This document shows, piece by piece, positions 48,421 through 58,167 of a stretch of 64,000 bases of DNA (position 1 is the stretch's first letter; the number at the start of each line of letters is the position of its first letter). Location of the stretch: positions 47,819-111,818 of the forward strand of contig JAGVZG010000002.1 of the NCBI GenBank assembly GCA_018302765.1, in the 5' to 3' direction. A model generated the notes under the pieces. That model was not told the origin of the DNA and searched no databases. It was given only the letters and a program-made list of their open reading frames with translations. The position numbers and the translations under genes are program-made. Source of the DNA: Candidatus Woesearchaeota archaeon. Lineage in GTDB: Archaea; Nanobdellota; Nanobdellia; SCGC-AAA011-G17; GW2011-AR18.

Positions 48421-49974
48421 TTACATTGAAAATTCTTTTACCTCTCTTAAGTATTTTAAGTCATTCTTGTAAATTTCTCTTAAGTCATTTATTCCATAAT
48501 AACTTGTAATTATTCTTTCCATTCCCAAACCCCATGCTAAAACCGGACATTCAAATCCCAATAATGGCTTAGTAACTTCTGGTCTAAATATTCCAGAACC
48601 TCCAACTTCTACCCATTGCCTTTTTACAGGATTATATGCAAATATCTCAGCAGAAGGTTCTGTGTATCCAAAAAAACTTGGTTTTATTTTAACATCTGTA
48701 TAACCCATCTTTCTAAAAAATTCTTTTAAGTATCCTAGCAAATTTCTCAAGTTAGCATTTGGATCTACAACAATGCCTTCTACTTGATAGAATTCAAATA
48801 AGTGCTTCCAATCCAAAGCTTCATTTCTATAAACTTTGCCTACTGCAAAAAATTTATCTGGCAGATCTTGTTTTTTTAATTTGCTTAATGTTTTAGCACT
48901 TAAAACAGTAGTATGTGTTCTTAATAATAACTGCTTAGCAATTTCTGGCTTCCATTTATATCCCCATCCTTTGCTTCCAGTGTTATAACCATTTTCATGA
49001 ACTTTTTTTATTTTATTTGCTAATTCTTCTGGCAGTTTTCCCTTTGCCATTGTACCTTTGCTTCCTATAAAGAAAGTATCTTGCATCTCCCTTGCTGTGT
49101 GATCCTGCGGAACGAATAATGCATCTAGATCCCAAAAAGCCGTCTCTACAATATTTCCTGTAATTTCCTGAAATCCTAGATCTAGCCATATCTGCTTAAT
49201 ATATTCTATAGACTGATCAACAAAGTGCCTTTTGCCCCTATTTATTGATGGAACATTAATTTTAATGTCATAAGCCCTGAATTTTTTCTTTTTCCATTCT
49301 TTGTTTTTTATTACTTCATGAGTTAAAGATTCTATAACATTTAGATCTATTTTTTGCTTTATTAATTCCTTTCCTAAATCTGTTAGCATTATTATTCTTT
49401 CTTTATGAATATTTAGAGTTACTAATCCTCTAGATCTTAAGTTCTCAAATGCAGTTTTTTGTTCATCATTCAATTGATCAAATGTAAGATCTGTTTTATA
49501 ATAATTATTATGATTTGGGATTTGTATAAATAATTCTTCTTCAGGTGTTTTTTTGTTTACTAATTTTTTTCCATTTTCATTTAATCTTATTTTTAATGTT
49601 TTATCTTTTTGTATATCTATAGAAGCTTTCTTCTTTAGCAATCCAATTGTTGCATTAATTTCTGTGTCATTAAGCTTGGTTTTGTTTTTTAATTCTTCCA
49701 GTGTAGTTTCTTTGTCTGATAAGCTATTCAGGATTGTTCTTTCTGGAAGCTCCTTGTATACCTTAGCTTTTTCTGTTAGAGATATAGTTTTAACTTCTTT
49801 TGAATTTATTTTTACAACTTCTTTATTTTCTAGCCATTGCAAAGCACGCATAACTTCAACTTCCTGCAGACTTGAGTTTTTTACTAAATCATCAAAATTT
49901 ACATATTTGTTTAACAATGGAAGTACTTTTCTTTCTAGAGAATGCAACTTATCAACTAGCCCTTTTATGTCCAT
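48421..49974 (-). CDS. pheS: phenylalanine--tRNA ligase alpha subunit (archaeal type)
   Basis: FWDLDALFVPQDHTAR, LRTHTT, YRNE, FYQVEG, FGYTEPS, GLGMER. Confidence 0.95.
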   Translation of the reverse strand: MDIKGLVDKLHSLERKVLPLLNKYVNFDDLVKNSSLQEVEVMRALQWLENKEVVKINSKEVKTISLTEKAKVYKELPERTILNSLSDKETTLEELKNKTKLNDTEINATIGLLKKKASIDIQKDKTLKIRLNENGKKLVNKKTPEEELFIQIPNHNNYYKTDLTFDQLNDEQKTAFENLRSRGLVTLNIHKERIIMLTDLGKELIKQKIDLNVIESLTHEVIKNKEWKKKKFRAYDIKINVPSINRGKRHFVDQSIEYIKQIWLDLGFQEITGNIVETAFWDLDALFVPQDHTAREMQDTFFIGSKGTMAKGKLPEELANKIKKVHENGYNTGSKGWGYKWKPEIAKQLLLRTHTTVLSAKTLSKLKKQDLPDKFFAVGKVYRNEALDWKHLFEFYQVEGIVVDPNANLRNLLGYLKEFFRKMGYTDVKIKPSFFGYTEPSAEIFAYNPVKRQWVEVGGSGIFRPEVTKPLLGFECPVLAWGLGMERIITSYYGINDLREIYKNDLKYLREVKEFSM

Positions 49975-50004
49975 AAGGTCTTAAAAAATCAGAAACTTAT
50001 AAGT

Positions 50005-50514
50005 TTATTGGTCAACTTCCTCTATTAGTCTTGCAGTATCTATGTATTTTCTAAATAATAAATAATAACTATCTCCCCTTCTATCTCTTGCTTTAATTGT
50101 AAAACCCAATTTTTGATTATTTTTTGTATTTGCTATATTCCTTTCTCTTACTTCAGTATACAATTCTTTTATTCGATTTTTCTTTGCATACTCAATAGCA
50201 CTTTCAGTTAATCTTCTTGCTATGCCCCTGCGCCTATATTGTGGCTTTGTAAAAATTTCTTCTATAACCAATGCCTTTGTATACTCTGGATGATCTCTAT
50301 TTAATAAAGTATAGCCAGCTAATCTGTCATTTTCTTCTGCAACAAGCAATTCTATAGAACCATTATGAAGATGAGTAATTATTCCAGTCGTAATATTTCT
50401 AGACCTATTTAAATTACCATTAAGCAAATCACATTTACTCTCTTCTCTAGAAAAATCAACCATCATATCAACAATTTCATCTATGTCTTTATAACGCCAG
50501 CTGCGAATATTCAT
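50005..50514 (-). CDS. GNAT family N-acetyltransferase
   Basis: IFTKPQYRRRGIARRL acetyl-CoA motif A; N..N.KLGF. Confidence 0.8.
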   Translation of the reverse strand: MNIRSWRYKDIDEIVDMMVDFSREESKCDLLNGNLNRSRNITTGIITHLHNGSIELLVAEENDRLAGYTLLNRDHPEYTKALVIEEIFTKPQYRRRGIARRLTESAIEYAKKNRIKELYTEVRERNIANTKNNQKLGFTIKARDRRGDSYYLLFRKYIDTARLIEEVDQ

Positions 50515-50666
50515 TCTATAATTTTCACTAATATACCTAGCTACTTGCCTCCGGATTAAATTTATTATTAAAGAAAATAAAATATTTTTAAACTTATTGT
50601 TCTCTGATTTTAGTTGGGCAAGCTCCTGTTAAATAATTAGAAAATTCTAAGTCTGCAATCACCTAA

Positions 50667-51301
50667 TTATTTTCTAACCTTTACTGGACGTGACCCTAGA
50701 CTGGCATTCGAGTCAGTCGGATACCAGCCGCAGCCCAAGCCGACCCAGCCAGAATCAGCCCAGAACCCAGCGACAGCTCCTTCTCTTGGATTCCAATAAT
50801 ATAAATTACCATCAGTATTGTTTTGACGTGGCAATCCTTGTTGAGTTGCATGATCTAACCAATAATCTAAGTCTATTCCAGGTGTTTTATTGACTCTTAA
50901 ACAATCTTGTAATGGTTCTGTTACTTCTTCTGTAATTCCATCAGGTCTTATTTTATGATAAGTAACGTTCAAAGTCTTGCTAACTAATCCTGTCTTACTA
51001 AATTTCCCACCCAAAAATTCAGCTCTGTAAGGATATCTTTTAACCACAATACTATCAAAACCAATTTAGCTAAATAACTGCTTACCTTATTTCCATTGCC
51101 ATCATAAACCATATCACCACTTCTAAGCATTCTTAAAAATTTAGGAAACAATGGTAGCGGTAGCATAAAAGAATTTTCTAAACGCAAAGATTCATTAGTT
51201 CAGTCATAATTTTGCCCAAAATAAGCTAAAGGTAAAGAAACTAATAAATCTGGATGATCTTTTCCTCCCAATATCACAAAGTTCTCAAGTGATTGATCCA
51301 T
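50667..51301 (-). pseudogene. putative DGR target gene (C-terminal variable region), interrupted by an in-frame TGA and a 1-nt frameshift
   Basis: ATG at 51301 (MDQSLENF...), TGA at 51200-51202, frame change at the T4 tract 51057-51060, then ...GLP...YYWNP...AVAGFWADSGWVGLGCGWYPTDSNASLGSR. Confidence 0.7.
50688..50772 (-). repeat. DGR variable region-like repeat, copy 1
   Basis: 63/85 identical to 63916..64000; 53/85 G+C and only 9 A on the coding strand in an AT-rich genome. Confidence 0.75.
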
Positions 51302-51303
51302 TT

Positions 51304-52098
51304 TTACTTTTTATCCCAAACGTAATCAAACATTGTTCTTAATGCAGAAGAAAAAAATGGAGTATTTACCCAAATTCCCACGTCTGCGCTTTCATGAGTA
51401 TTTTTATCGTGATTAACCATAAACATTAAGTCTTTTCCATCAACTATGACAAATCTTGCATTTACATCAACATCTTTTACGTCTGCAAATTCAGACAATT
51501 CCTTGGCAGCTTCCTTTGATTTTTCTGTCTTTAGCGGGGCTGCAATCCTTATTTTAACTTTTTTATTGCTTAATTTCCTAAATGTGGTTTTCATACATTC
51601 AAGCTTTCTTACAATGCCATCAGTTGTAGTTGCTATAACAACTTCTTTTACTGCATTGTCTGCTAAATTCAATATATGATCATAAACATTATTTCTGCCT
51701 TTAAAACTACCAGCAATTGTGTTAGGATCTACGCTGTTTATTCCCTGAGTAAATAACAGGTTTAATTCATGAAAAACATCAGTAGTTTGAACTTCTTCTA
51801 TAGATTTTATTTCCCTTTCTGCCTTTTCTTGAACGTTCTTTTTAACCCTTTTAACTATTTCACTAGGAGATACAGCCAGGTACTTTATTGGCCTTCCTAA
51901 TTTCATTATGATAAATCCTTTTTTTTCCAAGCTTTCAAGAACGTCATAACTTCTGCTTCTTGGAACATTGCTCATATCACTAAGTTCGCCTGCTGTGGCA
52001 GTTCCTTTGCTAAGCAATGAAGTCCATACTTTTACTTCATAAATATTAAGATTAAACGTTGTTCTTAGCTTTTTTATTAAATCTTCATTTGCTACCAT
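51304..52098 (-). CDS. TrmB family transcriptional regulator
   Basis: LNIYEVKVW...ATAGELSDMSNVPRSRSYDVLESLEKKGF. Confidence 0.88.
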   Translation of the reverse strand: MVANEDLIKKLRTTFNLNIYEVKVWTSLLSKGTATAGELSDMSNVPRSRSYDVLESLEKKGFIIMKLGRPIKYLAVSPSEIVKRVKKNVQEKAEREIKSIEEVQTTDVFHELNLLFTQGINSVDPNTIAGSFKGRNNVYDHILNLADNAVKEVVIATTTDGIVRKLECMKTTFRKLSNKKVKIRIAAPLKTEKSKEAAKELSEFADVKDVDVNARFVIVDGKDLMFMVNHDKNTHESADVGIWVNTPFFSSALRTMFDYVWDKK

Positions 52099-52202
52099 TT
52101 TGCAACTACTTATTGGTAACGTAAAACCTATTTAAAGCTTTCGTTTGTTATCACTATATAGGGATCACTTAATTATAACTGAGAAAAACATTATTTGAGC
52201 AA

Positions 52203-53786
52203 TTACCTTTTAATCTCTGATTTTGCAAATTTTAAGCCCAGGTAACTAAGAACAAGCAATACCAAATTATATATAAACAGCTTTGTTATAAGAGTAATAA
52301 CCTTATCATAAGTAAAGCCCAAAATTAATATTTTCTTTAATAGCGCCTCAGATACAACAAAAGGATTGTACAATATAATTTCCTTGAGACGCAATGGTAT
52401 TGTTTCTAGCGGAAGTATTGTATTTGACAAGAATAAAGCAACAGCAATTATAACTAAAGATACTACACTTGCGCTTTCCTGAGATTTGGCAAAGTATCCT
52501 ATTGTTATGCCTAAAAGAATAAACATACTTGCAACAATAAAAAGCGGAATAACAGCATAGAGCATTGTTTCTAAGCTAAATCCTATTATTAATTTTAATA
52601 TTAAAGATATTACTACAAGATGAAATACTATTACAATTAAAGATGTTAGATAAGCACCTATAAGGAAGACACTTTTAGGAGTAGGAGTTATGGCATTTCT
52701 TAAGTAAGCATTTGACATTCTTTCGCTTAATACAAGATTAGAAGCAAGAAGCACACAAACAAACATAATTATCAATACTAAGAACGTAGAAAGGAATCTT
52801 CCTATGTGTGTTTCTTCAGTCTCTATTGTTTCAACGCTTGTCTTGATAGGACTTACTATACTTTCTGGATTAGTTACTGCTATATTGTTTATGTTGCCAA
52901 CAATCTTACCAATTGAATCCTTTAACAAAGTAGTTTGCACTATGTTATTATCTGCTGCTATAGGAAGTGTTGCTATATTGCCAGACAGCTCAGTTATCTT
53001 TGTTTTTGCAGCCAGCATCTGAGAAATTGTTGTATTAATCTGTGTTTCTATTGTTACTAATTTAGTATTTAAGCTCTGGACGTCTGAAGATGATATATTT
53101 GAAGAAGAATTTACTTTTGATATTTCATTCCTTAAGGCTACGGTATTAAAGCTGTCATAAGTAACTGTCAGATCAATAGCATTTGCGCTGCTTTGTAAAC
53201 TACCAGATGTTTCTTTTATCTTATTGCTATTTGAATTAATTATATTTAATAGTTCTGATCTCTTGTTAAGCTCGTCTTTTGTATTTGTCAGTTGTGTAAC
53301 AAGAACGTTTGTTAAGCTCAAACTTAGGTTCTCTGAAGTCTTGAGAATCTCTTTGTTTATGCTTGACATTATGTTATCAACAATATTAATTCTGGCTGGA
53401 TCAACATGAAATTCAATTGTGTTATTTGCGTTATTAGTTATCTGCATATTTGGAGAGAATATCAGGCAAGCATTAAGACTTCCTTCTTTAACGCCAGCAA
53501 TGCAATCTGTAGAATTGTCATTTTTTACAACAACGTAACCTTTTGCTTCAATTTTATCTATTACACTATTGCTTAATTCACTATAAGTTTTTGAATAAAC
53601 ACCTATATTTATGTCGTAAAAAGAGGAATTATTAAAAGCAAGCACAAGAAGAGACATTATAATTAATGGCCCTAGCATTATTGTGAATGCTGAGCTTTTA
53701 GAACGAAATACTGTTTTAAAATTCTTAATAAGAACAGCCCATATACTAATAAATAACTTGCCTGTGTTATTTCTTAGGTCTTTCAT
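52203..53786 (-). CDS. ABC-2 type transporter permease
   Basis: N-terminal TM, large extracellular helical region, C-terminal TM bundle with ER...R...TP motif. Confidence 0.8.
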   Translation of the reverse strand: MKDLRNNTGKLFISIWAVLIKNFKTVFRSKSSAFTIMLGPLIIMSLLVLAFNNSSFYDINIGVYSKTYSELSNSVIDKIEAKGYVVVKNDNSTDCIAGVKEGSLNACLIFSPNMQITNNANNTIEFHVDPARINIVDNIMSSINKEILKTSENLSLSLTNVLVTQLTNTKDELNKRSELLNIINSNSNKIKETSGSLQSSANAIDLTVTYDSFNTVALRNEISKVNSSSNISSSDVQSLNTKLVTIETQINTTISQMLAAKTKITELSGNIATLPIAADNNIVQTTLLKDSIGKIVGNINNIAVTNPESIVSPIKTSVETIETEETHIGRFLSTFLVLIIMFVCVLLASNLVLSERMSNAYLRNAITPTPKSVFLIGAYLTSLIVIVFHLVVISLILKLIIGFSLETMLYAVIPLFIVASMFILLGITIGYFAKSQESASVVSLVIIAVALFLSNTILPLETIPLRLKEIILYNPFVVSEALLKKILILGFTYDKVITLITKLFIYNLVLLVLSYLGLKFAKSEIKR

Positions 53787-53789
53787 TTT

Positions 53790-54722
53790 TTAATTTCTGC
53801 TATTTATATGCTCAAATATTACATCTAGTGATGGTTTTTTTATGTCTATATTAAGCAAATTATCATTACTATTACTATAATATTGATTGATTATTTTTAA
53901 TGTTGATTTTAGATCTTTTGTAAACAAATAAAGCGAATCTTCATGAGTATGGTGTTTTTTTATCAAGCCTGCAGTATTTAAACAATTAATCAAGTTTGCA
54001 TAATCCTGCAATTCTGTTTGAATTTTTATAAGTTTATGATTGGAGAAATTGACTTCCAGATTTTCAGGGCTGTCAAATGCAGCAGCTTTTTTATTATTTA
54101 ATATAAGAATCTTATTGCAAAGAGTCCTTATGTCTTCCAAAATATGAGACGATATTATTATTGTTGTTCCGCTGTCATTTACTTGTTTTATAAGATCAAT
54201 TATGTGCTTTCTCATTACATGATCCAGGTTTGCTGTAGGTTCATCTAACAATAATATTTCAGGATCGTGGATTAATGAGCATGCTATATCTAATCTTTTT
54301 TGCATTCCTACTGACAGGTTTCCTCCTAATACATGTCTTGCTTCTGTCAGTCCAAATGTTCTTAGAAGAATTTCTGTTCTTTCCTTGATATTATTGCCTG
54401 ACAAACCTGCAAGCCTTCCAAAATAAGAAATGTTTTCTATAATGTTTAATTTATTGTAAATAGAACTTTCCTGCACTGAGAAACCTATATTTTTTCTTAA
54501 GTCCAGATTCGACTTTGTTACGTCTTTAGATTTATAATAAATTTTTCCTGCTTCTGGTTTTATAAAACCTACCATTGTATTTAGTAAAGTTGTTTTGCCG
54601 CAACCGCTCTTTCCTATAACTCCAATTATTGAGCCTTCATCAACATCAAAATCAATGTTATCAAGAACGAGATGGTCTCCATACCTCTTAGTAAGTCCTT
54701 TCACCTCTAATATTTTTTGCAT
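53790..54722 (-). CDS. ABC transporter ATP-binding protein
   Basis: GKSGCGKT, LSVGMQKR, LLLDEP, SSH. Confidence 0.9.
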   Translation of the reverse strand: MQKILEVKGLTKRYGDHLVLDNIDFDVDEGSIIGVIGKSGCGKTTLLNTMVGFIKPEAGKIYYKSKDVTKSNLDLRKNIGFSVQESSIYNKLNIIENISYFGRLAGLSGNNIKERTEILLRTFGLTEARHVLGGNLSVGMQKRLDIACSLIHDPEILLLDEPTANLDHVMRKHIIDLIKQVNDSGTTIIISSHILEDIRTLCNKILILNNKKAAAFDSPENLEVNFSNHKLIKIQTELQDYANLINCLNTAGLIKKHHTHEDSLYLFTKDLKSTLKIINQYYSNSNDNLLNIDIKKPSLDVIFEHINSRN

Positions 54723-54804
54723 TGATTAATTAACATCAAGACTTATTTTTAAAGTTAACTGTCCAAATAAAAAGGCTTAAAAAATACAATAATTTGACTT
54801 TATT

Positions 54805-55653
54805 ATGAAGCATAATTTACGAGTTACATCAATCCTAATAATTTTGTTCTTAATGTCGCACGTATTGGGTCTTTTTGTCATAAAACATTACCTTCCAAAG
54901 GAAGAAAATCTGCCTTTGGGTATACAAAAACCAGAGTTTGAAGAGAGAACTTCTTATATTCCAATTATTATAGCGATATTTGCAGCAACTGTCATAGCTC
55001 TAGTACTTATAAAATTTGCAGCATTTAGAATATGGAAACTATGGTATTTAGCAAGCATTTTTATAACACTAATAATTTCATTTAATGCATTCATACCTGA
55101 AATGATTGCTTTATTTTTAGCAATAATATTTTCTCTGCTTAAAACATTCAGGAATGGTATTTTAATCCATAATTTTACAGAGATATTTGTTTATGGCGGT
55201 TTAGCAGCAATATTTGTACCTGTCCTAAGTGTATGGTCTATTTTTGTACTTCTTGTATTAATTTCAATTTATGATGTAATAGCTGTTTGGAAAACAAGAC
55301 ATATGATTTCTATGGCTAAATTTCAAATTAAATCAAAAATATTTGCTGGATTGTTTGTGCCTTACTCTACAAAAGTTCTAAGCAAAGGCTTAACTAAGAA
55401 AGGACAATACGGCAAAGAAATAAAAGTAAACGAAGCTGTACTTGGGGGAGGAGACATTGCCTTTCCTCTAATGTTTTCTGGAGTTATGTTGAAAATTTTT
55501 GGCTTTTCAGCTGCGATTATAACTTCTTTTACTGCAGCTCTCGCTTTAGCTATTTTATTTTTTATAGCTAAGAAAAAAAAGTTTTATCCTGCAATGCCTT
55601 TTATAACAACAGGCAGTCTAACTGGCTATTTCATAGTACTATTATTGTTTTGA
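54805..55653 (+). CDS. presenilin/signal peptide peptidase family aspartyl protease
   Basis: YD (ISIYDVIAVW), GGGD (LGGGDI) and PAMP motifs in a multi-TM protein. Confidence 0.88.
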   Translation: MKHNLRVTSILIILFLMSHVLGLFVIKHYLPKEENLPLGIQKPEFEERTSYIPIIIAIFAATVIALVLIKFAAFRIWKLWYLASIFITLIISFNAFIPEMIALFLAIIFSLLKTFRNGILIHNFTEIFVYGGLAAIFVPVLSVWSIFVLLVLISIYDVIAVWKTRHMISMAKFQIKSKIFAGLFVPYSTKVLSKGLTKKGQYGKEIKVNEAVLGGGDIAFPLMFSGVMLKIFGFSAAIITSFTAALALAILFFIAKKKKFYPAMPFITTGSLTGYFIVLLLF

Positions 55654-56154
55654 CCAGGCATGTATTGTTAGTACATTATAAGTTCCAATTGAACCATTAA
55701 TATCTGGACCTGTAATATCTGGCACTGTCAGCGTTATGTCTCTAATGTAAACATCCTTGTCTTTGGGAAGAGCAGTGTCAATAAATTTTTTATTTTGCTT
55801 TGATAGGTCTGATTCGGTTATTTTTGGATAGTAGTCACAACTTAATACTGTTGCATTGTAATTTATATTACATATTTCTATAGCATACTCCCAAGGGTGA
55901 GCTTCAACAGGAAATGATAGATAATCTATATATGTATTTATACAACTTGCATTGTTATTTATTACACACTGTCTAAATTTTGGATTATTCTGAACTTCTT
56001 TTAATACAGAATTTGTTGTTTGTTCTAAATTCGGAGGAATTTTAGAATTATCTTTTTGTTTTATTGGCGTTATTGATATTACAAATCCAAGAACTATTAT
56101 TATTGCAATTATTGCTTCCAATATTTTTAAAATCCCTTTTTTATTCATTACCAT
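55642..56154 (-). CDS. type IV pilin-like protein
   Basis: Class III signal-like MNKKG|ILKILEAIIAIIIV. Confidence 0.6.
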   Translation of the reverse strand: MVMNKKGILKILEAIIAIIIVLGFVISITPIKQKDNSKIPPNLEQTTNSVLKEVQNNPKFRQCVINNNASCINTYIDYLSFPVEAHPWEYAIEICNINYNATVLSCDYYPKITESDLSKQNKKFIDTALPKDKDVYIRDITLTVPDITGPDINGSIGTYNVLTIHAWSKQ

Positions 56155-57245
56155 GTTGCAATCCTCACCACAACAGGGACTCTAGTACTTTCTTCAGTCA
56201 GTATAAAACTGTTAAATTGCCTGATAAACACATTGGCATTTGGAGGCGGAGATATTTTTCCTGGAAATAATGCTGAAATATTTATTTGAGATCCTCCAAT
56301 AGGCAGGCTTTCTATCCTTATAGTAAAATCCCTAGATAATGGGAATTTCCACTTTTCTTTTATACAATCATAGCCTTTTGAACAGCCAGTTTCTAGTTCT
56401 GTCTGATTTAAAGTCAGAAAAGAAACCAGATCTATTCCTGATAATGTTTCTGTTACCCCCAGTTCATAAATTACAGGGCACTTTGATGCTACAGAACCCA
56501 TATAAGGCCAGTCACTTGAATCTTTTTTAGAGCATGCCAGATATCTTTTAACATTCTGAATTGTTATATTTGAAATATCAAAATTTATTGGCCTGTTAGA
56601 TGAACTAATAAGATATTTTGTTTTTAGCGGTTGTTTTGCAGTTGTATCTATAGGAGAATCTAAACGTGCAGGGATGCTTATCAAGCTGTCTGTTAAATTA
56701 TAAAGTATATCTCCTTCCCTATCAAAATCAGGAAGCTGGTAAAGCTCTCTTGTTTCGTCCAATAACTTCGGATCTATATCTTTGCATTTTTCTTCTTCTG
56801 TGCTACAAGCTATTTCAGATTTGTCCTTATTTTTATCTATGTTAAAATTTCCAGATAGTCTGTCATTTCTGTCTCTCTTTATGTAATATACTCTAATATT
56901 TATCTTGTCTTTTCCAGTAATTATTTTTGTAATGCCCTCAAAATCTGATGTCTGACAGCTACTAGAATCACACGAAATATTTATTTCTTTGCTTGCCAAA
57001 GTCACTACTGCTGGATTAGCTGTATTAGTTTCATTTGAAGGATACAAGAACAAAGGGGCTGTTGTTATTGACCATTCAGTATCATTATTAAAACCATCCT
57101 GAATTATATCAAGCAGTGTCTTGGAATCATACACTTTAGTTATTCCTGGCCTAAATATAACAAAAATAAAAACCACGCTTAACAAAAATAGACCTGTTCC
57201 AATTATCCAGTCTATTTCGTTACCTATGCCTCTTTTATTTAACAT
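56148..57245 (-). CDS. type IV pilin-like protein (long)
   Basis: Class III signal-like MLNKRG|IGNEIDWIIGTGLFLLSV. Confidence 0.55.
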   Translation of the reverse strand: MLNKRGIGNEIDWIIGTGLFLLSVVFIFVIFRPGITKVYDSKTLLDIIQDGFNNDTEWSITTAPLFLYPSNETNTANPAVVTLASKEINISCDSSSCQTSDFEGITKIITGKDKINIRVYYIKRDRNDRLSGNFNIDKNKDKSEIACSTEEEKCKDIDPKLLDETRELYQLPDFDREGDILYNLTDSLISIPARLDSPIDTTAKQPLKTKYLISSSNRPINFDISNITIQNVKRYLACSKKDSSDWPYMGSVASKCPVIYELGVTETLSGIDLVSFLTLNQTELETGCSKGYDCIKEKWKFPLSRDFTIRIESLPIGGSQINISALFPGKISPPPNANVFIRQFNSFILTEESTRVPVVVRIATW

Positions 57246-58167
57246 TATTATCTTTCTTCATAAAGTAGTAAGGAATTAATAAAATTAGTGATTGCTGAGG
57301 TTTTACTATTCCTGCAGCAGTAGTTATTATCAGATAACCTCCTATAACCATTATTAATGAATGCTTCAAGCCAGACTTGTAATCGCCTTCTGCAAATTTT
57401 CCAAGCATCAAGCCTGCAAATAAACCCTGAACTATTATTGTGGCTATGAATATTGAATCAAATGATATAGTACTCCCTCCACCCAGACCACTTATACCAA
57501 TAGTACCCAAACCTTGGCCCAATTCCCCACCTACAGTACCTAACTTAGGAATAAGATATACTTGAAGCACTATCATGATAAACACAAAGAAAAAATAAAT
57601 TATGTAACCTTGTATTGTCTGAGTATATGCATTGCTTTTTCTTTCTTCTTTTATTTTTTTAATCTCAAGAACAGAGCCCGTAACTGCCTCTAAAACAGAA
57701 CCAATATCTCCTCCACTTTCTTCAGCTTCTATAACTATTGCAATAGATCTTTTAACTACTGAATTATCTGTATCATTTGCAAATATTGTCAAGGCATCAT
57801 GCAAAGTATAGCCCCACTCAATTTGGCGCGCAAGTTTCTGGACATATGGCGTTAATGACCCGTAATTAACATTTGAGACATGAAGAATTGCTTGAGGTAT
57901 TGTTGCTCCAGACCTAACTGTTTCTACTAAGCTCCTAACAAATTCCAGGAATTTTGTTTCAAGCTCTTTTTGCCTTTTATTTTCTTCCATAAAATCTATT
58001 ATAAAAGCAATAGAACCTATAAGAGCACCTATAACAATAATCGGGCTAAAATACCAAACTTTTGGACCAATTGGAGATTTGAAACTAAAGAAAAATATTA
58101 TATCGATTATTACAATAACTATTCCTAAAATTAGACTTATGTAGTGTTTTATTTTAAGTCCCATCAT
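57235..58167 (-). CDS. TadC/GspF-type pilus platform protein
   Basis: FLEFVRSL...G, EAEESGGD; ATG at 58167 overlaps the upstream stop (ATGA). Confidence 0.8.
   Translation of the reverse strand: MMGLKIKHYISLILGIVIVIIDIIFFFSFKSPIGPKVWYFSPIIVIGALIGSIAFIIDFMEENKRQKELETKFLEFVRSLVETVRSGATIPQAILHVSNVNYGSLTPYVQKLARQIEWGYTLHDALTIFANDTDNSVVKRSIAIVIEAEESGGDIGSVLEAVTGSVLEIKKIKEERKSNAYTQTIQGYIIYFFFVFIMIVLQVYLIPKLGTVGGELGQGLGTIGISGLGGGSTISFDSIFIATIIVQGLFAGLMLGKFAEGDYKSGLKHSLIMVIGGYLIITTAAGIVKPQQSLILLIPYYFMKKDNNVK

Noticed and set aside
51200-51202. TGA recoding (alternative genetic code) to explain the internal stop
   Set aside because: TGA terminates clear genes here (polX, minD, tadB)
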